Assembly (NCBI GenBank): GCA_003556225.1
Contig: PWRN01000041.1
Coordinates: 7,209 to 71,208 of the forward strand
Source of the DNA: Syntrophomonadaceae bacterium
Lineage (GTDB): Bacteria; Bacillota; Dethiobacteria; DTU022; UBA8154
DNA length: 64,000 nucleotides
Direction: 5' to 3'
Shown: in pieces, positions 1-9,589 of the stretch
Layout: each line of letters opens with the position of its first letter
How positions within the stretch are numbered: the first letter of the stretch is position 1
The notes under the pieces: model-generated
Databases searched by the model: none
Seen by the model: the letters and a program-made list of their open reading frames with translations, nothing else
What the model was told of the DNA's origin: nothing
Program-made: the position numbers and the translations under genes

Positions 1-638
1 TGCCGGTCTTGGAAGATTTGGGCAGCGGGGTCCTGGTGGACCTCTCCCGCTACGGCCTGCCCCATGAGCCCACGGTCCAGGAATCCGTTTCTGCGGGAGC
101 CGACCTGGTCATGTTCAGCGGAGACAAGCTCCTGGGAGGCCCGCAGGCAGGGTTTATCGTGGGGAAGAAACGTTACGTGGAGATGATTAAAAACAACCAG
201 CTGGCCCGGGCCCTGCGTGTGGACAAGTTTGCCCTGGCCGGACTGGAGGCCACCCTGCGTCTCTACCTGGATGAAAAAACGGCTCTCCGGGAAATCCCCA
301 TTTTGCGCATGCTGACCACCTCAACGGAAGACTTGGAACAGCGGGCAGCCCGCTTACTGGAGAAAATCTCCCCCCTGCTGCACGAGGGCTTCCAGGTAGG
401 GCTCCTTCGGGAAAAAGCCCGGGTTGGCGGTGGATCTCTGCCCCTGGTTGCCCTGCCTAGCTGCCAGGTCTTTATCGAGCCCCACCACATGAATGCCGGG
501 GCCTTTGCCGCTAAACTCCGCAAGGCAAAGAGGCCCATCATCGCCCGGGTGCGCAAAGACAGGGTATTGCTGGACCTGCGCTCCGTGCTGGAGCAAGAAG
601 ACGACCAGCTGCTGAGCAGCCTGGAAAGCGTGATCTAA
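1..638 (+). CDS. selA: L-seryl-tRNA(Sec) selenium transferase, C-terminal part (5' end outside the window)
   Basis: ORF 9..638 is open to the window edge; the translation has the SelA-type PLP-enzyme C-terminus (…GGPQAGFIVGKK…); it is immediately followed by selB. Confidence 0.75.
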   Translation, partial: PVLEDLGSGVLVDLSRYGLPHEPTVQESVSAGADLVMFSGDKLLGGPQAGFIVGKKRYVEMIKNNQLARALRVDKFALAGLEATLRLYLDEKTALREIPILRMLTTSTEDLEQRAARLLEKISPLLHEGFQVGLLREKARVGGGSLPLVALPSCQVFIEPHHMNAGAFAAKLRKAKRPIIARVRKDRVLLDLRSVLEQEDDQLLSSLESVI

Positions 639-670
639 AGCTCTACATGCTGAAGGGATGATGGTTTGCA

Positions 671-2593
671 ATGATTATCGGGACAGCGGGACACGTGGAT
701 CATGGTAAAACTGAATTAATCAAGGCCCTGACGGGCATCGATACCGATCGCTTACATGAAGAAAAGGAGCGAGGGATTTCCATTGATATCGGTTTTGCTC
801 CTTATCGACTTCCCGACGGGAAGCTGGCAGGGGTTATTGATGTGCCTGGTCACGAGAAATTTATTCATAACATGCTGGCCGGCATCGGGGGGATCGATTT
901 GGTTTTACTGGTGATCGATGCCACCGAAGGGGTAATGCCCCAGACCAGAGAACATCTAGATATTTTGAACCTGCTGCAAGTGCAAAAAGGGCTGGTTGTG
1001 ATCACCAAGGTTGACCTGGTGGAAGAAGAGTGGTTGGAAATGGTGAAAGAAGATGTGGAGCAGGCTGTGAAAGGCTCCTTTTTGGAAGGTGCCTCCGTGC
1101 ACGTTGTTTCCTCGGTGACCGGCCTGGGGCTGGAAGAGCTGCGCAAGGCGATCGACGAGCTGGCGGAAGCCGTGGTGGAAAAAGATACGGCAGCCCCTTT
1201 ACGTGTTCCGGTGGATCGCATCTTTTCCGCTTCCGGTTTCGGCACCGTGATCACCGGGACGATCCTGGGAGGAACGGTTGTCCCGGGACAACGGGTAGAA
1301 GTGCTGCCTCCCGGGAAAGAGTGCCGCGTGCGGGGGGTGCAGGTACACGGCAGGCAGGTGGAGAAAGCGGTCGCGGGCCAGCGGGTAGCCCTGAACCTGG
1401 CAGGACTGGAAAAAAAAGATGTAGTGCGGGGAAGCGTGGTGGCTGAACCGGGCTATTTTCACCTGACTCGTTACTGCGACGCCCGGCTGGTGCTGTTACC
1501 TTCGGCGCCGCGCCCTTTGATCAACATGGCCCCCGTGCATTTTTACCTGGGGACGACGCGGGTGGTCTCGCGTATGCGCCTGCTGGGCTGTGAAGAACTG
1601 GCTCCAGGGGAAACGGGGTTCGCACAATGTCGCCTGGATCGAGCGGTGGTGGCCCGGCGGGGAGACCCTTTTATTATCCGCTCTTATTCTCCCATGCGGA
1701 CCATTGGGGGCGGCGTTGTCTTGGACGAAAACCCGGTTCGCCATAAAAGGTTCCGCCAGGATGTCCTGGAAAGGCTAAAAGAGCTGGAAAAAGAGGATCC
1801 GCTTCCTTTTGTGCTTCAGAAGCTGGGAGAAAAACACTATGCCACCTTGCAGGACCTGGCACTGCTGACCCAGTTGGGTCAGCAGTCCTTGCGGGAGATC
1901 ATGGAGCGGGCGCTGGAGCAAGGCGAAGTGATGCTGTTGGATGATCTGTACGTGCGCCGCCCGGTAGTGGAGCGTTGGGAGAAGGCGATTTTGCAGGAAC
2001 TGGAAGCTTTTCACCGGGCCAGGCCCCTGCAGCGGGGGATGCAGAAAGCCCGGGTATTCGGGCTGCTCCCCGGCAAAACCCCTCAACGCTTGTTCGATGC
2101 ACTGATCGAGCGCTTGCGCGACCAGGGCCGGTTGGAAACTTCCCGGGAGTTCGTCTTTAAAAGCGGCTTTCAACCCGAACCCGGCACACGGCAGGAGGAG
2201 CAGCTAAGGCGCGTGGAAGCACTTTTTAAAGAGGCCGGCCTAAACAGCCCCGCAGGAAAAGAGATCGGCCAGATGCTGGGACTAAAAAATGATGAGGAAG
2301 AGGAATTGCTGGACTACCTGCAGCACAGAGGTGTCCTGGTCAAAGTGGCTGAGGACATGTACCTGCACCGGGATGTCTACAAGCGGGGCCTGCAGGCCCT
2401 GGCCCGACATTTTCAGGATCATCCGACCTTAACCCTGGCCCAGTATCGCGACATTCTGCAGACGTCTCGCAAGCTCGCCCAGATCCTGCTGGAGCATTTT
2501 GACGCCATGAAATACACGCGACGGGTTGAAGATGAGCGGGTTCCCTGGAAAGTCCCTACCGGCAGTGATGCCACCGAAGCTGAAAAGAACTAA
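671..2593 (+). CDS. selB: selenocysteine-specific translation elongation factor SelB
   Basis: 640 aa; N-terminal GTPase G1 motif AGHVDHGKT plus DxPGH; long C-terminal winged-helix extension typical of SelB; sits after selA. Confidence 0.9.
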   Translation: MIIGTAGHVDHGKTELIKALTGIDTDRLHEEKERGISIDIGFAPYRLPDGKLAGVIDVPGHEKFIHNMLAGIGGIDLVLLVIDATEGVMPQTREHLDILNLLQVQKGLVVITKVDLVEEEWLEMVKEDVEQAVKGSFLEGASVHVVSSVTGLGLEELRKAIDELAEAVVEKDTAAPLRVPVDRIFSASGFGTVITGTILGGTVVPGQRVEVLPPGKECRVRGVQVHGRQVEKAVAGQRVALNLAGLEKKDVVRGSVVAEPGYFHLTRYCDARLVLLPSAPRPLINMAPVHFYLGTTRVVSRMRLLGCEELAPGETGFAQCRLDRAVVARRGDPFIIRSYSPMRTIGGGVVLDENPVRHKRFRQDVLERLKELEKEDPLPFVLQKLGEKHYATLQDLALLTQLGQQSLREIMERALEQGEVMLLDDLYVRRPVVERWEKAILQELEAFHRARPLQRGMQKARVFGLLPGKTPQRLFDALIERLRDQGRLETSREFVFKSGFQPEPGTRQEEQLRRVEALFKEAGLNSPAGKEIGQMLGLKNDEEEELLDYLQHRGVLVKVAEDMYLHRDVYKRGLQALARHFQDHPTLTLAQYRDILQTSRKLAQILLEHFDAMKYTRRVEDERVPWKVPTGSDATEAEKN

Positions 2594-2662
2594 AAATATT
2601 TAACAATGTAAAATAAATCATGAAAAATCCGAGAAAAAAGCAGGACTTTATTTTAACGATGT

Positions 2663-2700
2663 CGAAATGAAGTGTGGTCATTTCGCAAGCACGGCCTTGC
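2663..2700 (+). terminator. two adjacent stem-loops after selB (CGAAATGA-n7-TCATTTCG, then GCAAGC-n4-CTTGC followed by TGTTTC); possible weak terminator or protein-binding palindrome
   Basis: perfect 8-nt inverted repeat read directly in the AT-rich spacer; the U-tract is poor. Confidence 0.25.
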
Positions 2701-3017
2701 TGTTTCATGGAAAGCGACGGATGGGGCAGGGTTGCTCATTTCTTTTTGCTTTTTAGCTGTTACTTTTTTCTTTCCTGCTAAAACTTCTCTAAAAAGAGCG
2801 GGGAGGTGTTAAGGGCCAGAAACTATTTTCTATATTCAGATCTTGTCGCAATGATGATGTCGAAGATGAACCAGCGGTTCGCTGCAGTGAGCAGGCATGA
2901 GCAGCACGGATTTTAGTATTTGGCGTCAATATTTTCACAGCAAAAATAATAAAGGGCATCAACGAACAGTTCAACAATTCTGGAAGGGATGGAAAAAAAC
3001 TACATCTCTAGCGAGGT

Positions 3018-4157
3018 ATGAAGATGACTGAAGAACTGCAGAGCTTTATTGAAAAATACGATTTATTGGGCTGCATCCAGTGCGGGAGATGTACCGGGGG
3101 ATGTCCGGTAACGGTTCGTACGGACTTAAACGTCCGCCGGTTTGTTTACGACACGGTGGATGAAGAAGCCCTGGAAGAATTGGCCAAGATGCCGGAGGTA
3201 TGGGACTGTACCGCCTGTAATACCTGTGCCGTGAGGTGCCCCAAGGGGCTCAAACCCGTTGAAGTCTTAATCGGGCTCAGAAATATCATGGTGGAGAGCG
3301 GCGTGGTGCAGCCGACCGTCCGGGACGCCCTGGAAAGTGTTTTCCGCGAGGGGAACCCCTGGGATAAATCCCGGGCCACACGTAACGACTGGATGAAGGA
3401 TTTGGAAGTGAAAATGGCCGAACCGGGTGAGCCGGTGGAAAACCTGATTTTTGTTTGCTGCACCATTGCCTATGACCCCAAGCTTCAGGTCGTTGCACAG
3501 AACCTGGTGAAACTGCTCAACAAGGCCGGAGTGGACTACGGTTTCATGGATACCAGCGAAACCTGCTGCTCCAGCGAGGTCCATAACCTGGGTGAAGAGG
3601 GCCTGTTTGAAATGATGGTGGAGGATAATACGGAACTTCTGAACGAGTATGCAGCCAAGCGCCTGGTGGCCATTTCTCCCCATTGCTACTCCGTGTTTAA
3701 AAACCAGTACCCCGACCTCAAGGCCGAAGTGCTGCACTACACTCACCTGGTCGGGGAAATTTTGGAAGACAAGAAACTCGAGCTGACCAGGGAACTTCCC
3801 GAAAAAATCGTTTTCCATGATCCCTGTTTCCTGGGTAAGCAGAACAACGTCTATGATGAACCCCGCTATGTCCTGGGCCAGATTCCCGGCGCGGAACTCC
3901 TGGAATTTGACCGCAGCCGCGAGCGCAGCCTTTGTTGTGAAGGAGGCGGCGGGAAAATGTGGGTGGAAACAGAATCCAAGAAAGAACGCCTGTCTGAAAC
4001 CCGGGTGAAGGACGCAAAAGAATTGGGCGCGACGGTCCTGGCCGTAGCCTGTCCTTTTTGCGTGCTGACCCTGGACGATTCCTTGAAAGCCAAGGGCTTC
4101 GAAGAGGAAATGCGGGTAGCTGAGATCCTGGAACTTTTAGGAGAAGCGCTGGATTAA
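3018..4157 (+). CDS. HdrD/GlcF-like soluble Fe-S oxidoreductase (HdrC-like 2x[4Fe-4S] N-terminus fused to two HdrB-like CCG domains)
   Basis: 379 aa; CIQCGRCTGGCP and CTACNTCAVRCP ferredoxin motifs; C-terminal canonical CCG domain (C-x~35-CCEGGGG-x~38-CPFC); N-terminal CCG-like domain is divergent (VCC…TCCSS…HCYS); no long hydrophobic segments. Confidence 0.8.
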   Translation: MKMTEELQSFIEKYDLLGCIQCGRCTGGCPVTVRTDLNVRRFVYDTVDEEALEELAKMPEVWDCTACNTCAVRCPKGLKPVEVLIGLRNIMVESGVVQPTVRDALESVFREGNPWDKSRATRNDWMKDLEVKMAEPGEPVENLIFVCCTIAYDPKLQVVAQNLVKLLNKAGVDYGFMDTSETCCSSEVHNLGEEGLFEMMVEDNTELLNEYAAKRLVAISPHCYSVFKNQYPDLKAEVLHYTHLVGEILEDKKLELTRELPEKIVFHDPCFLGKQNNVYDEPRYVLGQIPGAELLEFDRSRERSLCCEGGGGKMWVETESKKERLSETRVKDAKELGATVLAVACPFCVLTLDDSLKAKGFEEEMRVAEILELLGEALD

Positions 4158-4305
4158 GCTGTCCTGGAGATTTTAGACCCGGATTTTTTATTTCTACCGT
4201 ATAAAGGGGGTCTGCCAAAACAGGAACACGCTTTTTGAAGGATCGAAGATTGAACAAGATAAGAAAGCGAACATTCATTTAACGTTACAGGAGGTGGGTT
4301 TATTT

Positions 4306-5097
4306 ATGAAAACATTTGTCTGTATCAAAAGGGTGCCGGACACCTCGGAGGCGGAAGTGAAGGTAGACGCCACCGGCAAAGAAGTCGACAGCAGCAGGTT
4401 TTCTTTTGACATAAACGATGCTGATAATTACGCTGTCGAAGAGGCCATTTTGATTAAAGAAGCCAAGGAGGGGACGGTGCAAGTTATCTGCCTGGGTCCA
4501 AAAGATGCTGATGTGATGATCCGCATGGCCCTGGCAAAGGGAGGAGACAGCGCCATCCGGGTGGAGGACCCGCGAATTTTCGCCAAGGATCCCCTGCAGG
4601 TAGCCAAGGTCCTGGCGGCGACGATCAAGCAGGAAGGGGACTTTGACCTGGTGCTGACCGGCTGCATGTCGGCGGATAACTGGAACATGGCCGTCGGTGT
4701 CGCCCTGGCGGAAGAGCTGGGCGTCCCCCATGCCGCCATGGTAAACAAAGTGGAAGTGTTAGATGGGAAAGTCAAGGTCAACCGCGAACTGGAAGGCGGC
4801 CTCTCGGAAGTCCTGGAGGTGAGTCTTCCCGCTGTTCTCACCATACAGACGGGGATTAACGAGCCGCGTTATGCGCCCATCCGGGGTATTCGTGCGGCGC
4901 AGAAGAAGGAACTGAAAGTGCTCGGCCTGGACGATCTGGGTGTGGCAGAAGATGAAGTCAGCGAAGCGAACTCCCTGATCGAACTGATGCAGATGTACGT
5001 ACCCGAGCTGGAGTCCAAGGCGGAGATTATCGAAGGAGAGCCCGAAGAAAAAGCAGAAATCATGGCTCAAAAGCTGGTGAAAGGGGGGCTACTGTAA
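4306..5097 (+). CDS. etfB: electron transfer flavoprotein beta subunit
   Basis: MKTFVCIKRVPDTSE… is a typical EtfB N-terminus; RBS GGAGGTGGG lies 7 nt upstream of ATG 4306 (ORF track starts at GTG 4294). Confidence 0.85.
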   Translation: MKTFVCIKRVPDTSEAEVKVDATGKEVDSSRFSFDINDADNYAVEEAILIKEAKEGTVQVICLGPKDADVMIRMALAKGGDSAIRVEDPRIFAKDPLQVAKVLAATIKQEGDFDLVLTGCMSADNWNMAVGVALAEELGVPHAAMVNKVEVLDGKVKVNRELEGGLSEVLEVSLPAVLTIQTGINEPRYAPIRGIRAAQKKELKVLGLDDLGVAEDEVSEANSLIELMQMYVPELESKAEIIEGEPEEKAEIMAQKLVKGGLL

Positions 5098-5098
5098 A

Positions 5099-6073
5099 AT
5101 GGGAGACCTGTTTGTATTAGCTGAACACCGTCAGGGTGAACTGCGTGAAATAACTTTCGAGATGCTTTCCAAGGCCCCGGAAGTGGCCAAAGAACTGGGA
5201 GGCGATGTTGTTACTGTTTTGCTGGGCAGCGGCGTCGATGCTTTTGCAGAAAAACTGGCTGCCTACAGCGACAAAGTACTGTATGTCGATGACCCGCTCT
5301 TTGCGGATTACAATTCTGACAAGTATCAAAAGGTGCTGGCGGAACTGCTCAAAACCCACAAGCCAGATGTTTTCATGGTGGGTCACACGACCCAGGGGGT
5401 GGACATGGCCCCGGCATTGGCCGTGGAACTGAAGCTGCCCATGGTCACCGATGTGATGGATATTCATTTTAGCGATGGAAAGCTCTCGCCGGTTCGCCAG
5501 TACTACTCGGGCAAGGTCAACGCCGATTTTGGTTTCAAGGGAGACCCCCCGTACCTGCTAACGATCCGGGAAGCCAGTTTCGAGATCGTGGAAGGCAGCA
5601 AGCAGGGAGCCATCGAAAAGGTGGAATCTCCCCTGAAGGAAGATCTCGATTACCGCCGGTTTATTGAATACATCGAGGCCGAGGTGGGCGATGTGGATAT
5701 CACCCAGTCGGAAATCCTCGTTGCGGTCGGGCGGGGAATCCGGGAAGACAAGAACATGACTTTGATCGAAGATTTGGCCAAGGCCATCGGAGCGGATATC
5801 TGCGGCTCTCGCGCTGCTACAGACGCCGGCTGGCTGCCCCATGACCGCCAGGTGGGCACCTCGGGCAGAGTCGTGAAGCCCAAGCTGTATATCGCCATCG
5901 GCATATCCGGTGCGTTCCAACACCTGGCCGGCATGAAAGGGGCCAAGACCATCGTGGCCATCAACAAAGACCCCGATGCCCCGATTTTCACCGAGGCGGA
6001 TTATGCCATTATCGATGACCTGTTTAAGGTAGTCCCCAAGTTAACGGAAAAGATCACCGAGCTGAAAGGGTAA
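5099..6073 (+). CDS. etfA: electron transfer flavoprotein alpha subunit
   Basis: 324 aa; C-terminal FAD-binding region (…PKLYIAIGISGAFQHLAGMKGAKTIVAINKDPDAPIF…); starts 1 nt after the etfB stop. Confidence 0.85.
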   Translation: MGDLFVLAEHRQGELREITFEMLSKAPEVAKELGGDVVTVLLGSGVDAFAEKLAAYSDKVLYVDDPLFADYNSDKYQKVLAELLKTHKPDVFMVGHTTQGVDMAPALAVELKLPMVTDVMDIHFSDGKLSPVRQYYSGKVNADFGFKGDPPYLLTIREASFEIVEGSKQGAIEKVESPLKEDLDYRRFIEYIEAEVGDVDITQSEILVAVGRGIREDKNMTLIEDLAKAIGADICGSRAATDAGWLPHDRQVGTSGRVVKPKLYIAIGISGAFQHLAGMKGAKTIVAINKDPDAPIFTEADYAIIDDLFKVVPKLTEKITELKG

Positions 6074-6145
6074 CCCTGCTCTAGACTCTAGATAGAGGGA
6101 GAAACTAATGAACGTTACTCTGGTGTTGGAGGATGAAAGAGAGCC

Positions 6146-8143
6146 ATGAACAATAAACCAAGAATTGGTGTATATGTCTGTCACTGCGGGATCAACATCG
6201 CGAAAACAGTGGAGATCGATCCCGTTACAGAGTATGCTTCGCAATTGCCAAATGTCAAGGTCGCTCGCAACTACTCCTACATGTGCTCCGATCCTGGCCA
6301 GCTCCTGATCCGGGAAGATATCGAAAAAGAGGGCTTGAATCGCATTGTCGTGGCTTCCTGCTCTCCCCGGATGCACGAATTGACCTTCCGCAAAACCCTG
6401 GCGGAAGCGGGCTTGAACCCTTATTTCCTGGAGATGGCCAATATTCGGGAGCAGTGTTCCTGGGTGCACGAGGACGTGGAAGAAGCTACCGCCAAGGCCA
6501 GGAAGCTGGTGGCGTCCTCGGTGGCGAAAGCGCGGCTGCTGGAGCCCCTGGAAGAGAAGGAAGTCGACGTGGAGCCGGCAACCCTGGTCATCGGCGGTGG
6601 TATCGCCGGGATCCAGGCGGCCCTGGATATCGCCAATGCCGGTTTCAAGGTCTACATGGTGGAGAAAACGCCTTCTGTAGGGGGAACCATGGCCCAGCTG
6701 GATAAGACCTTCCCCACCCTGGATTGTTCGGCCTGTATTTTAACACCCAAGATGGTTGATGTGGCCAGCCATCCCAATATTGAGTTGATGACCTATTCTC
6801 AGGTCGAGGAAATAACGGGCTACGTGGGCAACTTCGAGGTGAAGGTGCGCAAGAAAGCGCGCTATATTGATATGGAAAAGTGCACCGGGTGTGGCATTTG
6901 TGCCGAAGAGTGCCGGCTGAAAAACCGGATTCCCAGTGAATTTGACGTGGGGGTGGGAAAACGCTCGGCCGTTTACCTGCCTTTCCCCCAGGCCGTACCG
7001 GCCAAGTATACCGTAGACCCGGAACGCTGCCTCTTCTTAACCCGGGGGAAATGCGGTGAGTCGCCCAAGTGTGCCGATGCCTGCCCGTCCCAGGCTTTTG
7101 ATTTCGAGCAGGCCGACGAAATGGTCGAATTCAAGGTGGGGGCGGTCATCGTTGCCACCGGGTTCGATGTCTTCGACGCCTCCAGGAAGCCCGAGTACGG
7201 TTATGCCGACTATGATAACGTGCTCACGGCGCTGGAAATGGAGCGCCTGGTTTCCGCCTCGGGGCCAACGGGCGGAAAAATTGTCCTCGGCAAGGGAGAT
7301 GAAGCGTACACCCCCAAGGATATTGCCTTTATTAAATGTGTCGGTTCCCGGGACGAGAGCGTGGGAAACGAGTACTGTTCCAGGGGCTGCTGCATGTACA
7401 CGGCCAAGCTGGCCCACCTGGTCCACGAAAAAATACCCGATGCCAACGTGCGCATTTACTACATGGACGTGCGGGCCTTTGGCAAGGGTTTTGAAGAGTT
7501 TTATGACCGGGTACGCCGGGAGGGCGTCCGTTACATTCGCGGCAACCCTTCGGAAATCTTTAAACGGGGCGATAAGCTGGTGATCAAGGTAGAGGATACC
7601 TTAACGGCGAAAGCCCTGGAGGATGAAGTGGACCTGGTGGTGCTGGCCGTGGGCCTGGAGCCCCGGAAAGATGTCCGGGAAATCATCGACCTGCTGCGGC
7701 TGTCCCAGTCGGGAGACCGTTTTTTCCTGGAGGCCCATCCCAAGCTGGCCCCGGTGGATACGGCAACCGATGGTGTATACCTGGCCGGCTGCGCCCAGGG
7801 ACCCAAGGATATCCCCGACACGGTAGCCCAGGCCAAGGGCGCCGCATCCTCGGCGTTAATCTTGCTTTCCAGCGGGAAAGTGAAAGTGCAGGCCCAAATC
7901 GCCATTGTCAATGAAGCCACCTGCCGGAGCTGCGGATACTGCGTGGAGATCTGTCCCTATGGGGCGATTGAAATGGTCGAAGCCAACCGCATGGGTCACA
8001 TCGTTTCCGTGGCCCGGGTCAACGAGGCCCTCTGCAAGGGCTGCGGGGCCTGTGTCGCGGGCTGTTTCTCCGGCTCAATCCAGCAAAAATCTTTCAAGGA
8101 CGCGCAAATCTTGCCGCAGCTTGCTGTACTGGGGGTTAAGTAA
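6146..8143 (+). CDS. hdrA: heterodisulfide reductase subunit A-like flavoprotein (FAD, multiple [4Fe-4S])
   Basis: 665 aa; N-terminal Cys cluster VYVCHCGINIAK…CSPRM; FAD-binding GGGIAGIQAALD; inserted ferredoxin CTGCGICAEEC; C-terminal CRSCGYCVEICP and CKGCGACVAGC; the reading frame is uninterrupted, so this is a Cys-type (non-Sec) HdrA. Confidence 0.85.
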   Translation: MNNKPRIGVYVCHCGINIAKTVEIDPVTEYASQLPNVKVARNYSYMCSDPGQLLIREDIEKEGLNRIVVASCSPRMHELTFRKTLAEAGLNPYFLEMANIREQCSWVHEDVEEATAKARKLVASSVAKARLLEPLEEKEVDVEPATLVIGGGIAGIQAALDIANAGFKVYMVEKTPSVGGTMAQLDKTFPTLDCSACILTPKMVDVASHPNIELMTYSQVEEITGYVGNFEVKVRKKARYIDMEKCTGCGICAEECRLKNRIPSEFDVGVGKRSAVYLPFPQAVPAKYTVDPERCLFLTRGKCGESPKCADACPSQAFDFEQADEMVEFKVGAVIVATGFDVFDASRKPEYGYADYDNVLTALEMERLVSASGPTGGKIVLGKGDEAYTPKDIAFIKCVGSRDESVGNEYCSRGCCMYTAKLAHLVHEKIPDANVRIYYMDVRAFGKGFEEFYDRVRREGVRYIRGNPSEIFKRGDKLVIKVEDTLTAKALEDEVDLVVLAVGLEPRKDVREIIDLLRLSQSGDRFFLEAHPKLAPVDTATDGVYLAGCAQGPKDIPDTVAQAKGAASSALILLSSGKVKVQAQIAIVNEATCRSCGYCVEICPYGAIEMVEANRMGHIVSVARVNEALCKGCGACVAGCFSGSIQQKSFKDAQILPQLAVLGVK

Positions 8144-8146
8144 GAG

Positions 8147-8578
8147 ATGAACGATAAATTCGAACCCAATATTGTTGCCTTTTTGTGTAACTGGTGTTCT
8201 TATGCCGGTGCAGACCTGGCTGGCACCAGCCGCATTCAGTACCCGGCTAACCTGAATATCATCCGGGTGATGTGTACCGGCCGTGTCAACCCGCTTTTCG
8301 TCTTGAATGCTTTTCAACAGGGAGCTGACGGGGTGTTGGTTTCCGGGTGCCATCCTGGCGACTGTCACTATATGGAGGGGAATTATTACGCCCGACGCCG
8401 CTTCACGCTCATGCGTGAACTGTTGGAGTACGTGGGCGTTGATCCCCGCCGCTTCCACATGAGCTGGGTCTCGGCTTCGGAGGGCGCCAAGTGGAAAGAA
8501 GTCGTCGAAGAAGTGGTTGAAAATGCAAAAGCTGTCGGGCCTTTTGACCAGTTCCGGCGGAACAAGATCAACTGGTAG
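8147..8578 (+). CDS. mvhD: MvhD/FlxD-like [2Fe-2S] protein (methyl-viologen-reducing hydrogenase delta subunit family)
   Basis: 143 aa; IVAFLCNWCSYAGADLAG…MCTGRV…VSGCHPGDCHY is the MvhD/FlpD signature; starts 3 nt after hdrA. Confidence 0.8.
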   Translation: MNDKFEPNIVAFLCNWCSYAGADLAGTSRIQYPANLNIIRVMCTGRVNPLFVLNAFQQGADGVLVSGCHPGDCHYMEGNYYARRRFTLMRELLEYVGVDPRRFHMSWVSASEGAKWKEVVEEVVENAKAVGPFDQFRRNKINW

Positions 8579-8591
8579 AGGAGGAGAACGC

Positions 8592-9578
8592 TTGGTAGAT
8601 CTCGATAAACTCAGAACCGTAGCCAAGGAGACTGTCTCCCGTGATGACGTGAAGTATCTCATCGGCTGGAGCCAGGGTACCTTCGGGTATCGTGTTTCTC
8701 CGCATTTTGTCAAAACCCCTCAGGAGGTTGACAGCCTCACGTTCTCGCCCCTTTGCAGCAATAATTTGGCGACCTACCTCACCCTGACCGAGAAGCTTCC
8801 TGTACCCCGGGGAGAGGAGCCTGATACCCGCAAGGTAGCGCTTATGGTCAAAGGCTGTGACAGCCGCGCCGTTGTGCAGCAGCTGATCGAACAGGGGATA
8901 ACGCGGGAACAGGTCTATATCATCGGCTGCCCCTGCCAGGGGGTTGTTGACCTGCAAAAAGTTGATGAAAAGCTGGGTGAAGGGGTGGAACCCGCTCAAG
9001 CCAGCTGGGAAAACGGTCAGATTTCCTTCCAGCTTCCTGACGGGAAGACAGAGGCTTTTCCCCGGGAAGACGTGCTGGCCGACAAATGTATAACCTGCCG
9101 CTACCCCAACCCGGTGCTTTCCGATATTTTACTATGGGATGAAGTTGAAGTTTGGGGAAGTGATGATTACGAGGATGTAAAGGAACTGGATAGCAAGTCG
9201 CCCGAAGAGAAGTGGGCCTTCTGGCAGGACAAGTTTTCCAGCTGCATCCGGTGTTATTCCTGCAGGAACGTCTGTCCCATGTGTTACTGCGAGGACTGTA
9301 TACTGGACCGGCTCAATCCTACCTGGATGTTCCGCTCAAACAACGTGGTGGAAAACACGGCATTTCAGGTGGCCAGGGCATTCCACCTGGCGGGGCGCTG
9401 TATAGAATGCGGGGAATGTGAAAGGGTCTGCCCGGTAGACATTCCGCTGATGAAGATCAATCGCAAACTTTACAAGGAAGTTCGAGAAAAGTACGAATTT
9501 GAGCCCGGGCTGGATCCTGAATCCAAACCGCTCCAGGCCAGTTATCGTCCCGACGACGAAGAAGACTTCATACTCTAG
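8592..9578 (+). CDS. AsrA/HydB-like iron-sulfur protein (FlxC-like; sulfhydrogenase beta family)
   Basis: ORF track starts at TTG 8517 and overlaps mvhD by 60 nt; the likely real start is TTG 8592, 5 nt after GGAGGAG. Motifs: KVALMVKGCDSRAV, CITCRYPNP, CIRCYSCRNVCPMCYCEDC, CIECGECERVCP. Confidence 0.6.
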   Translation: MVDLDKLRTVAKETVSRDDVKYLIGWSQGTFGYRVSPHFVKTPQEVDSLTFSPLCSNNLATYLTLTEKLPVPRGEEPDTRKVALMVKGCDSRAVVQQLIEQGITREQVYIIGCPCQGVVDLQKVDEKLGEGVEPAQASWENGQISFQLPDGKTEAFPREDVLADKCITCRYPNPVLSDILLWDEVEVWGSDDYEDVKELDSKSPEEKWAFWQDKFSSCIRCYSCRNVCPMCYCEDCILDRLNPTWMFRSNNVVENTAFQVARAFHLAGRCIECGECERVCPVDIPLMKINRKLYKEVREKYEFEPGLDPESKPLQASYRPDDEEDFIL

Positions 9579-9589
9579 AGGTGGGTGCT

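Noticed and set aside
2594-3017. Possible selC (tRNA-Sec) gene, sigma-54 promoter (TGGCGT-n5-TTTTCA) or Rex operator in the selB-hdr spacer
   Set aside because: No ~95-nt GC-rich cloverleaf with a T-loop GGTTCGA/UCA anticodon could be found. The sigma-54 -12 GC element is missing. No TTGTGAA-n-TTCACAA Rex palindrome is present.
6146-9578. Searched hdrA, mvhD and the CCG protein for an in-frame TGA/Sec codon and SECIS, given the adjacent selAB
   Set aside because: All three are single uninterrupted ORFs with Cys at the expected positions. No split-ORF pair separated by one TGA was seen.
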